64,000 nucleotides of DNA from Phoronis australis (Eukaryota > Animalia > Phoronida), in the NCBI GenBank assembly GCA_002633005.1, contig NMRA01000249.1, positions 62,001 to 126,000 of the forward strand, in the 5' to 3' direction. Position numbers and translations under genes: made by a program. This document shows, one piece after another, positions 1 through 12,500 of the stretch. The notes below the pieces were generated by a model. It worked only from the letters and a program-made list of their open reading frames with translations. It had not been told where the DNA came from and did no database searches. The stretch's first letter is position 1. Every line of letters begins with the position of its first letter.

Positions 1-444
1 CTTCTATAGATCTATATTTCCATGCCGGTTTAAGATTTACATAATCTTTACTGAAGTAGTTGGTTACATCAGACACAGAAGACAATGCTTGCCACTTTTT
101 GGCTTACACATTGTTTTCATGTAACTCAAAAAAAGAAATAACGAGATTTTAGTGACTTGCCTCAGCCTCCACTGTCTCGCATGAACCAATTGAAGTTGTC
201 ATCTGTTCGTGATATCACGTGGTGTGAGACTACAACAATGCTTATTTAGATAACGCATTGCTGGTGAACTATCTTGTTGGCCCGAGCAGGTTTTTCTGTC
301 ATGTATGTGACTTCTCAAATCGTAATTAAATAAGTTTTAACCTTTGAGTCTTTCCCTTTAAAGCTACTTTACGGCAGTAGAAACCCACAGGTGTTCTCAC
401 TTAGTATGTTGCTGGGTTTTCATGTCGTTAGTTTTCCTCTCCAG

Positions 445-543
445 GTATTCCTCACATCCAGAGCTGTTTACGTGATTGTTTTCAACTTATGCCATGACTT
501 GGAAGACAGGGCCCACACTCAACTCTGGCAGTCCGATGACCAG
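445..543 (+). CDS. ROCO exon 1 (visible): ROC segment after switch II
   Basis: ctccAG|VFLTSRAVYVIVFNLCHDLEDRAHTQLWQSDDQ|GTaagt; phase 0-0; resembles the ROC 'FLtxrAvYxxVf' motif. Confidence 0.88.
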
Positions 544-3500
544 GTAAGTCATATTTCATGTCAATAAACAATGGAGGATGGTCATGCGTTGCTGTAGGAA
601 TTGGGCACTGACGAATTAGAGCATATCCCAGATGGTTTTCAGGTGTTAGATGGGGACTTATTTGTAAGGATAGGTTATTCATGACTGTATGTAATTTATT
701 CGTTATATAACGATATGCTTTCAGAAGCAAATTAATGTAGCATCACGGTTTTGTAGCTTATGTTTTTGTTTTGCAAATAAGCTTGAAACGGCACACCCGC
801 TAAGTGGCTGCCTAGGAAGTTATTTCTTTGGACAGTCAAGTTCAAATGTTGAATTACGGTAAGTTGTAAATGGCTCATGTTCAACTAGATAATAATATTC
901 CGTTGTATAGGCCATGTTCTGCTGCTGCATGGTCATGCAAGTGACTACAGGGTTTTCTTAGGGTTGTTTTAAGAGGGCTTTGTGTCCTCTTTTAGTTTGC
1001 ATTGTAGGTGTCTGATTGCAATCATCTGTCCTCTCCTCTGCCCTCTAAGTTTGTTGGGTTTGTTATTAATAGCTATTTGCTCAAGACATCCAGTCTAAAT
1101 ACTTGTCTGTCACAGTCAGCTGGGTAGTGTGATATGTGACTTTATGGTGACTCAAGACTTCATAAGTGGTTTCTTTTAAGTAGAGTCTCACCTGTATGGA
1201 GCACGTCATTACTTTGTGTGGAAAGGAAAGGTGTGGTTGTTCTTTCCATCTGACGAACCAATCAAAATGCAATCATGATATAAAACACAGAACTTCAATC
1301 ATCTGGTCTGAAGAAATCACTTGCATTAATGGCAATTGATTTCCGTAGAAGAACTGAATGTTCTAGTGAAGTCTGAAGCTGCAGTTGGTGTAATTATGTT
1401 GTATAAAGACTGGGTTGCCCTGTCAGTAGACAATTATGGTTTTTGGTTCTCCTTTCTTCTTATTGATTCTGGGAATGGTTCGTTTGTTATCATTTTATAG
1501 CATGATGTGTACAGGTTTCTAAAACAATCGTATTTTGTGTGGTTGGGTATCCTAGTTTAATGTGTGTCTGAGTTAGTGTGTATAACATTCATCTGTGGCA
1601 TAGGCATGGTTATGATTGGCTAATGTGAATGCACAATCTCAACCTGTGGTCTGGGGTCTGTTTCATGATAAGTGACTTAAGACTTAAAGTCAGAAATTTG
1701 GTCTTACACCACACAAAAATATTTCTGAAAAATAAAATTTGAATATCACTTTAAAGTCTCTGTCAGAAATAACTACTAGTCAGTGACTGTTTAATTTCGG
1801 TAAATTATTTCTAGAGAGTGACACTGTCGTAATTTCTTGGCTAAACCTGTTTTCAGCTATTGGGAAGTGGGAGTGGAAGACTGAACTTCAATGTGAAACA
1901 ATCCCATGATTTCATTATTGTATTTTGTTAAGAAATGTTACCTTTCACACCTAGTAAGTGATTATGCAATAGTAAGCTGTGTAGTTGGGTTGGACTGTGT
2001 GGACGTCTTTAGAGTACTAAATATAGAGCATGTCTTTTAAGATCAGTCTTGCAAGGCCAGACATAATGAAGCGTTGTTCTTTCTACTGTGGGAAGTGAGT
2101 AGACTTCTGTACAGTCGCCATAATCTGTGTGTGCTTTTCACATAAATTATTTACTGCAATTTAACTAGTCTAATGTGTAGTGCTCACGGTGCCTGCCGGA
2201 TGCAAAATATGAAAAACTGTCCTGCAATATTACACGTTGTCCAATATTAGTCTATTTAATGTTGTGATAATCAAGATTTGAAACAAGATCTTCTGGTCCT
2301 GACAATAAATTTCGAGCGCTATAAAATATCACCAATTTCGGAAAAAAATAATTGCAAAATTGTACTTTTTCATTTTTAAGGCTTCTAACATTATTGTGAA
2401 TGCTCAAAATGTTTTCTGTTGTTAGCTACAGTACAGAACTCGGATAAGTATTATTTTGGTACCACGTACATGATTAAAAGAATTGTACTGTTTGTGGAAC
2501 TCACAAATTAAGCTACATCAGATTTGCCTCATGGTTTTCTGTTATTTGTTGAAAGTGGTAAATAAGAGCAAAATGGCTGAGTTTATAACTTGTCCAAATT
2601 ATGCTTCGTGTAATTAAGTAACAAGCACGTTAACCGTTATGTCTTATGTCCGTTACCTGCCCCGCTCCATTACTTCTTCACTTCCCCTTTATTTATTCCC
2701 CTGCAGGGTTCACATATATATTGTCTGCTGTAAGTTGCCATTATCTCTATCCAAAGGTATTGGTCTACACAGTGACATGGCCTGGATCATGAGTCATTAT
2801 AGGTGGTGTTTCTCTTTGCATCCTGTTCATTCCTTTGTGCTTTTCAAATATACTCTTGTCTATAGTTTTCATTGACTATACTCACCTGACAATGGTGCTT
2901 GAAAACTAATTGTCATGAGCGTTTTTATTTTCATTTATTATGTATAACAAGGAAACAAAGCTGTGAAATAGTGAACACCAGTTGACCGGCTCATTATGTA
3001 TGTTTGTTAGAAGTACCCTTGTGCATGACGCTCCTGTACGTGTTTTCAAATATCTGTTTCTCATGCGCACACCCAGGGGGGCTCGGGGGCGGCTCAAACG
3101 AGCCCCTCCTTTTGACGAAGTGGACAAAAAGGTCCGCCTCAGGAAAACATAAAGTCCGAATAAACCAGACAAAAAGTCCTCTAAATAGGCACAAATGCAC
3201 AATTCCGAGCTCTGGACGTGGTACCCCGTTTTTGTTTTTTTTAGTCCTTTGGCTTTTTTGTCGGCAAAAGGTCCACATCGTCGCAAATCCGAGCCCCCCT
3301 TATTAAAGGCTGGGTGCGTGTATGTTTCTAGCTTTGACTGCGCGCTCTTTCTGTTACTTTTTATGGAGGTGGGAATGCACTCACAGAAGACAAGCACGTG
3401 TAAGTTGGATTTTCAATTAGCTCAGACAACATTCCATGCGCCTGCTTCTGCAGATAAGTCGGATTTCACCTGAGTCCATCTTCTACAAGTGTTTATATTT

Positions 3501-6500
3501 TGTTGTTACAGGGCGACTCGTCCACTGAAGAGGAGTTAACTAACCTGGACTACATGGATTATTGGATGAGTTCTATACACGCGCACACGGCACAGAACAC
3601 GCGCAACAGTGTGGACAACACCACACTATCGCCACCAATATTCATCGTGGGAACTCACCGCAATAGTCTGGCATCGGATCCTGACATACTCGAACAAATG
3701 GTAACTTCTCATTGTTTAAAAATTAAAAAAATTCCTGGGCTTTGCACTAGGTATGTTTTTGTTCAGGAGGGTTCTCCTGAAATGTCCCAAAGTTTTGCTA
3801 ACAAATTATTTTCTACTTAAGATAATGACTCAACACTTTCCTTAAACCTGCATAATTCCATTGCAAAATAACGCTGTAGCACGTGCTGCAAAAAGATTGT
3901 TCAGTGCTGCTTATCCAGGTTTTTTGAAATTTGTCAATTTCAAGCTTGATAGAGCACGGCGTCTTTTTCATTTTGGAAACTAAGGCGCATTGAGTTTTGC
4001 CGTTAGGGAACATTTCCAACACTTACTGTAAATTTAAAGTGAATTTCCAGTTGTCTCAACTTAACTACCTTTTCAGCTCAACTAGTCCATTTTAACAGAC
4101 ATCGTTTCTCGCATACTCCTGCTTTTTTGGACTGAATGCAACGAGTGTTGGGGAAAAGCGCTGTGTCGCAACCGAAAACGCTAGCATTAAAAAATGTACA
4201 ACACTAGTATTTGCCCAATTGATACATAAAATTGACAGTCTGCAAAATTTGAAGTTCCTGCCTCTATTGAAAAAAAAATTGGTCAGAGTTTGGATCCTGT
4301 TTCAGGAGAACCATGTTGTATCATTTTTTAAATCTTTGAAGTTACGTGTATTCCTCTGAAGATTCTTTCTTAAAACCTCATGTTCCAGTGCCTCTTTCTA
4401 CCCGTATTTCATGGAGACAATGTTTATTGAATATGGGGACATGGCTATGCATCTAACTCTTTATTTGTAAACTGTGTAGTAAGGTTTAAGGGTACAGTAA
4501 CAATTTTCCTTGTCATTTTTCATTAAATTACCATTTTCTGGTAATTCTAGATAAATTTCAAGTAGATTAAATTCCCTCAAATTCTATTTAACTATGCATG
4601 TGTAACACCAGAAGTGTGTTCAAGAGCGGAATCATTCCCCGCCAGCTTTGTTTCCATGCATTACAAACTGTGTTGTGACATGGACTGCATCAGTGTGTAT
4701 TTCAGCTTGTAACAAGTTTGACCGTTACTCGCCTTTCTCTGAGACCAGTATTCAGTATGCCTAGAAGCTGTTGCATACCCGGATGCAAGCTTCATAAGCG
4801 CCCGAAGAGGAGTATGTTTCACCAATGTCCAATGGTTGACTGGTGGAGTTGGCTTGTTTGTGTCAAGAATGCAGTGTTGCCCATTCATGCCACCAGTAAA
4901 CCAGTCAACTGTGCAGTAAATATATCTTACCATTGGGTTACGAAAAAGGACATGTATGTACACGGTCACGACGGTTAACTGCTAAACATGATCTGAAGAA
5001 AGATGCCATGTCATTGGTATTTACGTTGTTCTCTTCTCCGTCACCACCTGCTGAGAATGCTTTTTTGACACTGGATGCATGGCGAGCTGCAGCGACATTT
5101 TAGTGACTCGAAGCAACAAAGTCTGCGTCACACTAGCATGTGAACAATTACTGCTGCGTATAAGGCTAGCATCCAGTGCATAATGTACATGAGTCACGTG
5201 TTCGTGGTCACCGACCATCAGCCGTTTCCTGTCCTGTGGCTAAATTCCAGCACGGTGGAATGTGACGCTTTAATAAAAGATAAACCAAATTCTTCACTGA
5301 AATCCTTTTGGTAGGTGAATGTGTTCCTGTTGTTTCAGGTTGAAGAGAAGTTTGATCAAATCCGTAGCCATCTGGTGGGAAAGTCATATCAACGACATGT
5401 AGTGAATACATTTTATGCAGTAGAAAATAGTCTAGTCGACTCTGAGGATGAACAAGTAGGTCTTTGAATCTGCAATGGGGTGTCAGTATTTTAGTCCACA
5501 TGAATTTGCTACTGAGGATAATGTGTGACAAATATTGCATTGAGAAAATGTCTTTAGTGAAATAATAATTAGGATGTATTTAATATAATTACATTATGAA
5601 CTCAAAGTGGAACTTGTCCGCTAATTCGTTACCTCTGTGATTCTGTGGTCAAATTAGTTAGAAACGCAACATATAGCGACAATGTGGATGTGAAGTACGT
5701 TGAAAATTGCCAAATGTTTTGTGTCAAAGATGATTCACTGTGTCCAGTAAGCATCGTGACGTGGTGTTCGGGATTATGTGAGCCCCCCAAGGTATGTCAT
5801 TAGTGCAAAGGTCACCTATTTGCAGATTTTTTTTTGTTTTCACATTAAAGAGTTGTCAATGAATACAACTGCACTTTGTTTAGCGCAGGCAGTGTTCAAA
5901 TATTGTCATTTACTTCCTGCCATACATTATAAGCATGCAAATACTTGAGTTATACAAATGCTTTAATGGAGGATTTGTCCGATTTTTATGAGGAACTGGT
6001 CCATGCGTATTTTCAATGTGAACAGTGTGATGACGTGCAAAACCTCTTGGAAATTTCGTCAAAATCTCAAAGCTTGTTGAGGGATTTTGATGAAATTTCC
6101 AAGAGGTTTTGCACATGTCGTCATTCTGAGACGAGTGTAGGATTTGTTTCCTCACACGAACCATAAAAATGATCTTTTTGCTGAAAAACTCAATGTGTCT
6201 AAAACTTTCAACCACTTGTGTAAAAACACGATTGTGCAATGTAATAAGTAATTACTTTTTGTTGAGTAGTTTTATTTTAAACTTAACAATTGTAAATTGC
6301 ATTAGCTTTTGTAACCAAGGCTCAAGTTATAATCTAATAAATAGTCTTTGAAGTTGTAATTTCAAAGCTTAACATATGTTTATAAATAACAGTCAGTAGG
6401 GCTTTCCCCTGTGTGAAAACTGAATTGACCTTGAGACAGCACAGCTTGACAGTCTCACCATGTTTCTTGAGTTGGGGTTTGTCTCCGTTTGAATGATCAT

Positions 6501-9500
6501 GGATATGGAATTTACTGCCAAAGATGGTTCCATTTAAGATTTAAGAAGTTGTTTGCATGTCCTTCTGACTGGGAGTGCGTACAGTTCTGACACTGTTGTC
6601 TGTCATAACCATGTCACCTTCACGGAATTCCGTCGTTGTTTGGTTGGCGCGCCTTTGATTTAGTGTTTTGCAGATGATAAAATGTAAGGCGTATGTATTT
6701 CTTCTTAGCACTACTTTGTGATTCGCCCATGTCATATCAGAAAAAATACGTACTCGGTGTTATTAACCAGCCGTGTCGTAACACATTCTAGGTCATGTGA
6801 GGAAAGCTATACTAATTTCTGAGCAATGAAATTAACAGACATGAACTGGAATGAATTCAGGTTCTGTTGATGTGTTAAATAGCTCATTGTTTACTGGATT
6901 TAGCTTTACTCTGGCAATTTACCTATCGCAAACTCTGCCCCCTCGTGGTTGTAGACAATCAAACAATAAGTTTTACCAGACAATGTGTTGTTTGTCGCGT
7001 AAAATGGAAGTGAAGGTGTGTTCAGAATGATGCGTTCAGATTGGTCAGTTAAACCGTCTCTCAAATTTCTGGCGATAGGTCAATTACTGAAACATGGCTT
7101 ATTGAATCTGAGTTTGTTGTGTATATAAGACGAGTTGAACAAGTAAACTTGAACAGAAACCTGGACAGTTCGTAAGCTTTTTCGCAATTTTAACTTTGAG
7201 ATGATTTTAATATCCGTGTGTTGGGGAAAATGTTTGGAGAAATTTGGAGTGATTAGTGATCACACTATTCTGATGTAAACAGTAGATTACATACAGTGCT
7301 TATGATGTAAAATGCTCCAGGTCAAGGTCAGGTGTGCAGCAGCATATGAATCTTATTTATTATTAAAGGGTGATTGACTGGACTTTGACCTCTGGATTTA
7401 CACTTGTAGCTTAAATGTTTATGACAAGATTGCTATTCATGCATTATTGTCATGGATCAGATATAGTTATTATTGGCATTCTGTGCATGGGCACAGCTCT
7501 GCTTGTTGAGCTTGTCAGTCATTGATTGTCATCACAATCTGCTGTCATATAGAGTCTGTGGCTTGTAAGATCAATAAGTAACTATAATTGTTAATTCATA
7601 GCCAACGACCGACCGGATAGTACATTGCACATAAATAAATGAGCATTGTCCTCACAAGTGTTTGTACACAACTTCTCACTTGACAATGTTTAATTGTGAA
7701 CATTTCTAAGTTGTTGAGAAAAGACTATGCGCATCTGCCATGAATGTCAAAATAGAGAATAATATGAGCAGTGTTTCAGCCAGGGAATAAACATTTGCCT
7801 AAAATCATCCCAGAACAAACACTGACTCAAGAGAAAAACGTGAAACTCGTTCAATGTCTCTAAGACATTAAAAGCAGCTATAAACCCCATTCCATCAAAG
7901 AACTTAATCGTGTCTGTTCATTGCAGGTGGTGAAGCTGAGGCGGCACATTGAGGACGTAGCCAGTAAGCAGCCATACATAGGTGAACAGATGCCTATTAA
8001 GTGGCTCAAGTTTGAACAGGCAGTCGCAAAGCTGGTCGACTCGGGTGTCAATTTCGTCTCCACTGACCAGGTAAAGTCTGCTTGATGCCACTTTTTTGTT
8101 TACTTTTTATTAAAATTCTCACTTAAGATTTCTTCCAAATATACCTAAACTAGCCATTGCAGTGAAAGGCTGTTTACTGATTTAAGTTGGTAGACTTTCA
8201 CCACATTGAATTATGGTTGCGTTGTTTTTGAGAGTCATGTTGCTAAAATATCTTGGCATTAACAGTAACGGATTTATTATTTTAAGTTGTTTTTGAAGCT
8301 GCAGTTATTTAAGAGGAATGCCAGAGAGCTGAATTACTATCTCATGCCGACTAACAAATGCTGGTGTACGCTCACACTGCTAGTGTTCTAAGTGCTTATT
8401 TGATACGGGTGTTATTGAGCCCAACACTGACTGCTGCCAACATACAAAGTTTCATTGTTAGGTGTTAGTTCTGCACATCGTTACTCCGTTTAGATGTTTA
8501 AGCATAGTGTGTCGTGTTATGTCAGTAGGATAAAAATCTCTCGCAGATCCGTGAAGTGGCCAGTGAGGAAGGTATTTGTAAAGAGGAAGAGCTTTGTACA
8601 ATGTTAGAATTCTACCACGACCTGGGCGTTGTGATTTGGTACGGCAACTCGGGCACGCTAGATAGTGTTCTACAGAATACAGTCATACTGCAGCCCAAGT
8701 GGCTGGTGGATATGTTTAAAACTGTCATCACAGTCAAGGATTTGGACCAACAGGTAAGGTAGTGTTGGTAGGTCTTCTAATACACTGTCTTTGGGATATT
8801 CCTTCTTAGAAGCTGCGACCATCATTCACGTGGTATGAAATTCACTGGCGGCATGTGTTGTATTTGCTCAATCATTGAGTTGAGTTTAGAGTGATTGTTT
8901 TTTGTATTAGATAGACTTGCAAGGTATGTTGTTAAGATTTTGACAAAATAAGTGGATCATCACCTATCGAGACTATGTCCAGACTTAGCTCAAATGGAAA
9001 CATTATCTAGTAAAAAGTGAATCTTTTGTAGGGCTTTTGTGCATCAGCACCATCAAATTTTAATGTTGTCTTGTACATTTTGAAAGCTGCTGCATTGGTT
9101 CTGTGTTAGCTTACTAGGTAAAGAAGCAGAAAGGTGAATAAATACCAATTACTACGAAATTGTAAAGTTTGAGTGCTTTATTGAAAATGTTGGCGCTTTT
9201 GATATACAGACATTTTGTATTAACTTTTAGTTTGCACTGCTATTTGTCTCGAGAGAAAAACCTGTATTGTGAATTGTTACTGAGTGAGATAAATGCTTTG
9301 GTATTTAGAGACAGTACCATTGAGAATCGGTTCTTGAACTTGATATCCTATCTTTTCCAGTGGGCTGCTTACATGGATTCCTGGAACAGGTTAGACAAAG
9401 AGGCGATCCTGGAGGAGCGACTAGTTGACCACCTGTGGAGAGACATTCCCAATGAGAGGCCTGCTCTGCTGGGACTCATGGAAAAGTTTGACCTGATCTG

Positions 9501-12500
9501 TATTCGTCTTCCACCTACGCATGTGAGTGGGAAGTGTACCTTACTGCCAACAGCTCAAGTCTGCGGCGTCCATATAGTGACCAAATATTGACCACCAAGG
9601 ATCTGTTTACCTTTGCAAGAACATATTGAAAAAATATAGACTTTTGACGCTAAATGGGTATCAGTAGAGTTTCCTTTCCACGGTATATTAGAATCAAAAA
9701 CAATTCATGGCACTCGGGGTCTAACACTAATTTATTCTGATTAATTCTGAAAAAAGTTGGTATTTGCAAGCTCTCGCTTCCTGAAAACAAAACTAATGAT
9801 TCCTATTGATGTAGACATGAGTGAAATTAGTGGGTATGTTACTTCTGCTGATGGGCTCTATATTGGAAATTGTTCTATAATCTTACTAAGTGAAAGTTGC
9901 ATTTTTGCAACCTCTTGGGTCAGTTTTGTCATTTTGTGTTCACTGACAGACAAAACATTCTCGAAGTTTTAACGATGCATTTCTCCCTGTTTAGGGAAAG
10001 ACGGTTGCAAGCCACTTGAGCTCATAAAATTGATTTCATCATAAACCTCGTCATGATAGAATTTGATTTCTCTTACCAGCCACGACATTGGAACCATCGG
10101 CAACTCAAGAAAACGATTCAGAGTCTATTAGGGTTGGCCAACCCTAAAATTGCAAATTCAAAAATTGTTAATGTACACATTTGCCTTTGACTTAAGTTGT
10201 AAAGGGAAATAGAATCCTATCATGGTAAGGAATACGAGACTGTTTTATGAGTGGGGAGTTAAATGTCTAATTGGTACTTAAGCTAGCTAAACAGGATGAA
10301 ATTCTGCTTGTAGTCGTCATTGACGGTCACTGATAGTCACTGGCAGATATGGCCTATGGCCTATAACATCTTAATGTTATTTATGATTAGCGTTAACATA
10401 TTATTAATCTTTTTACTCATCTCGCTGGCCGTCCATCGTGGTTACAACATGGTGGTAGTATTTGCTACATCCATATGGTGTTATTTTTCCAGTTAAAAGA
10501 CACAGCGGACTATGCACAGAACAGTTATTATGTGCCAGCCAGGCTCAAGGCACAGCCGCCCAGTGAGAGTAGATATACCAGCAGACCCAATGATGTTGTG
10601 TTCTATTTATGTTTTAATGGATTCCTGCCCGGTGGGTGATCGTCTTTTGCTAATAGAATTGAAAGTTTAATTGCGTGTACATAGGCCTCCTGTTGACAGT
10701 TAACCATGTGCTATGTTGAATGTAGTTGCTTCTGCGGTTGCATTTTGGTATTAAGGAGTGTTAAGAAGGGTGGATGCCAAGGCTGTTTGAAATATACCAC
10801 AGCATACCTGTAGTGTTGGCTTCATTGGTGACATTGCCATTGTTTTACCGTGAGCTGTGCGTTTAGGAAAGAAACCTGTCAATTTGGGAGCTCTAAATTA
10901 AACTGCAAGTTGTCTAAAGTGTCATTGTCATACATGTCAGTCTAGACGAAACGGATTCTTTTAAAAAACGAATATTTAGAGCTATAATCAATTCCCGTGT
11001 TTTTAGCATAGCATTTACAAATGTACTGTACACCACGTTGCAATCCAGTTAAGCGATCTTATGGATTTTTGTCTTTAAATATGGATGTTTACAGAGATGA
11101 TGCAGGTGGGGACCTAAGGGACTTGACGTGTGTGCATTGTGTCTCAGAATTCCTCATGTTTAGTACAGATAAAGCATTCTGAACTGAAAAGCTCATATTG
11201 CTTTATTGACTTCAGGAATTTCACAATAATGCCAATTTTCTAAAATCTTGTGAATGGGAAGAAGCGTTTACCTTATTTGACGGTACAAAACAATCAAGTG
11301 GTATTTTTCATGCGCTATGGCTGACAATTTTGGATTCTGCAGCATCCGTAACTGGCTGAAACTAATTGGTAACGTTTCAGACATTTGAGTTGCATCACTT
11401 TTTGCACTGATATGGCATCATACCGTGCATCGTCAGTTCCTGTGCACTCGATTTCAAGGGTTTATTTTTGCAATGGATGCGGTCTCTGTGTATTCTGATT
11501 GAAGATGAGATCCACGAACCAGTCGAAGTTCATCAAAGCTATTGGACGAGATCAAAGTCACAAGACTGATACTTATTCTGACATCATTCAGTTGTTTCGT
11601 CCATAGTATGGTGACCATCTGAATACTTACATGTGTACTTGTTACAGAGGGTCTGTTCCACCGTCTTCTTGTCCGTGGTGTTCGCTGGTCTCAGGAGAAT
11701 GGCAGTACTGAGCCTCAGTTGTATTACAGACATGCCAGATTCTTCTTGGACAACGAACATGACTTCATGCTTGACATGGCCCCCATAAAGGATGCCAGGA
11801 TAAAGGTAAATGGTGTTGTGCATTGTGCTGGAGTCGTGGGTGAGAATGTGGATGAGGGAATGTTTGGCGCTTGCCCCTAGTCATAATATTATGTTTGGGT
11901 TTGGAATTTGACCTGTTCAGACGCTGTTATTGCTCGAAACCAGGCTCAAGATGTTCCACACGAACCAGTGATTCCTTTAATGCAGCGTCTATGTCCTCTA
12001 GCAACAGTCAGTTCATCTGAAGCTCACAAGTCTCTGATTACGTACTAAGTACACTATGTAGCAACACTGGCATTGCATCGTCACACTTCACTTAGCCATT
12101 GTTGAACAGTGCTGACCTCATGCATTATTAATCAATCTCATCCAGTGGATGAATTTAGAAGTTTTACGCAACCCAGTCCTGGTCACTATAATACATGTGT
12201 TGAATAAATGTTTATTTTTCTTTAGGTCACCATTCTTCGTGTAGCTGTACTGGGTGATGCTAACGATGATACACACAGTGTGTCGTCGATGGATAGGCTT
12301 GCGCAAACACCGCCAAACCCTTCCGCATGTGCCAAGGTAATAGCCAGTTGATGTGACAGAAAAAGACTCTGCCAACCTATTTTCACACAACTATGGCATG
12401 TTCCTCTAAGCGACAGGTCTACTATTTTGGCTGCTCTATTTTGGCAGGCACCTTTCTTTATGCTAAATGGTTAGAAAAGTCATGTCGAAATTTTCATGAT

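Noticed and set aside
2906-3473. Cluster of 92-163 aa ORFs on both strands
   Set aside because: They overlap the GC-rich MITE at 3062-3324 and show no protein motifs.
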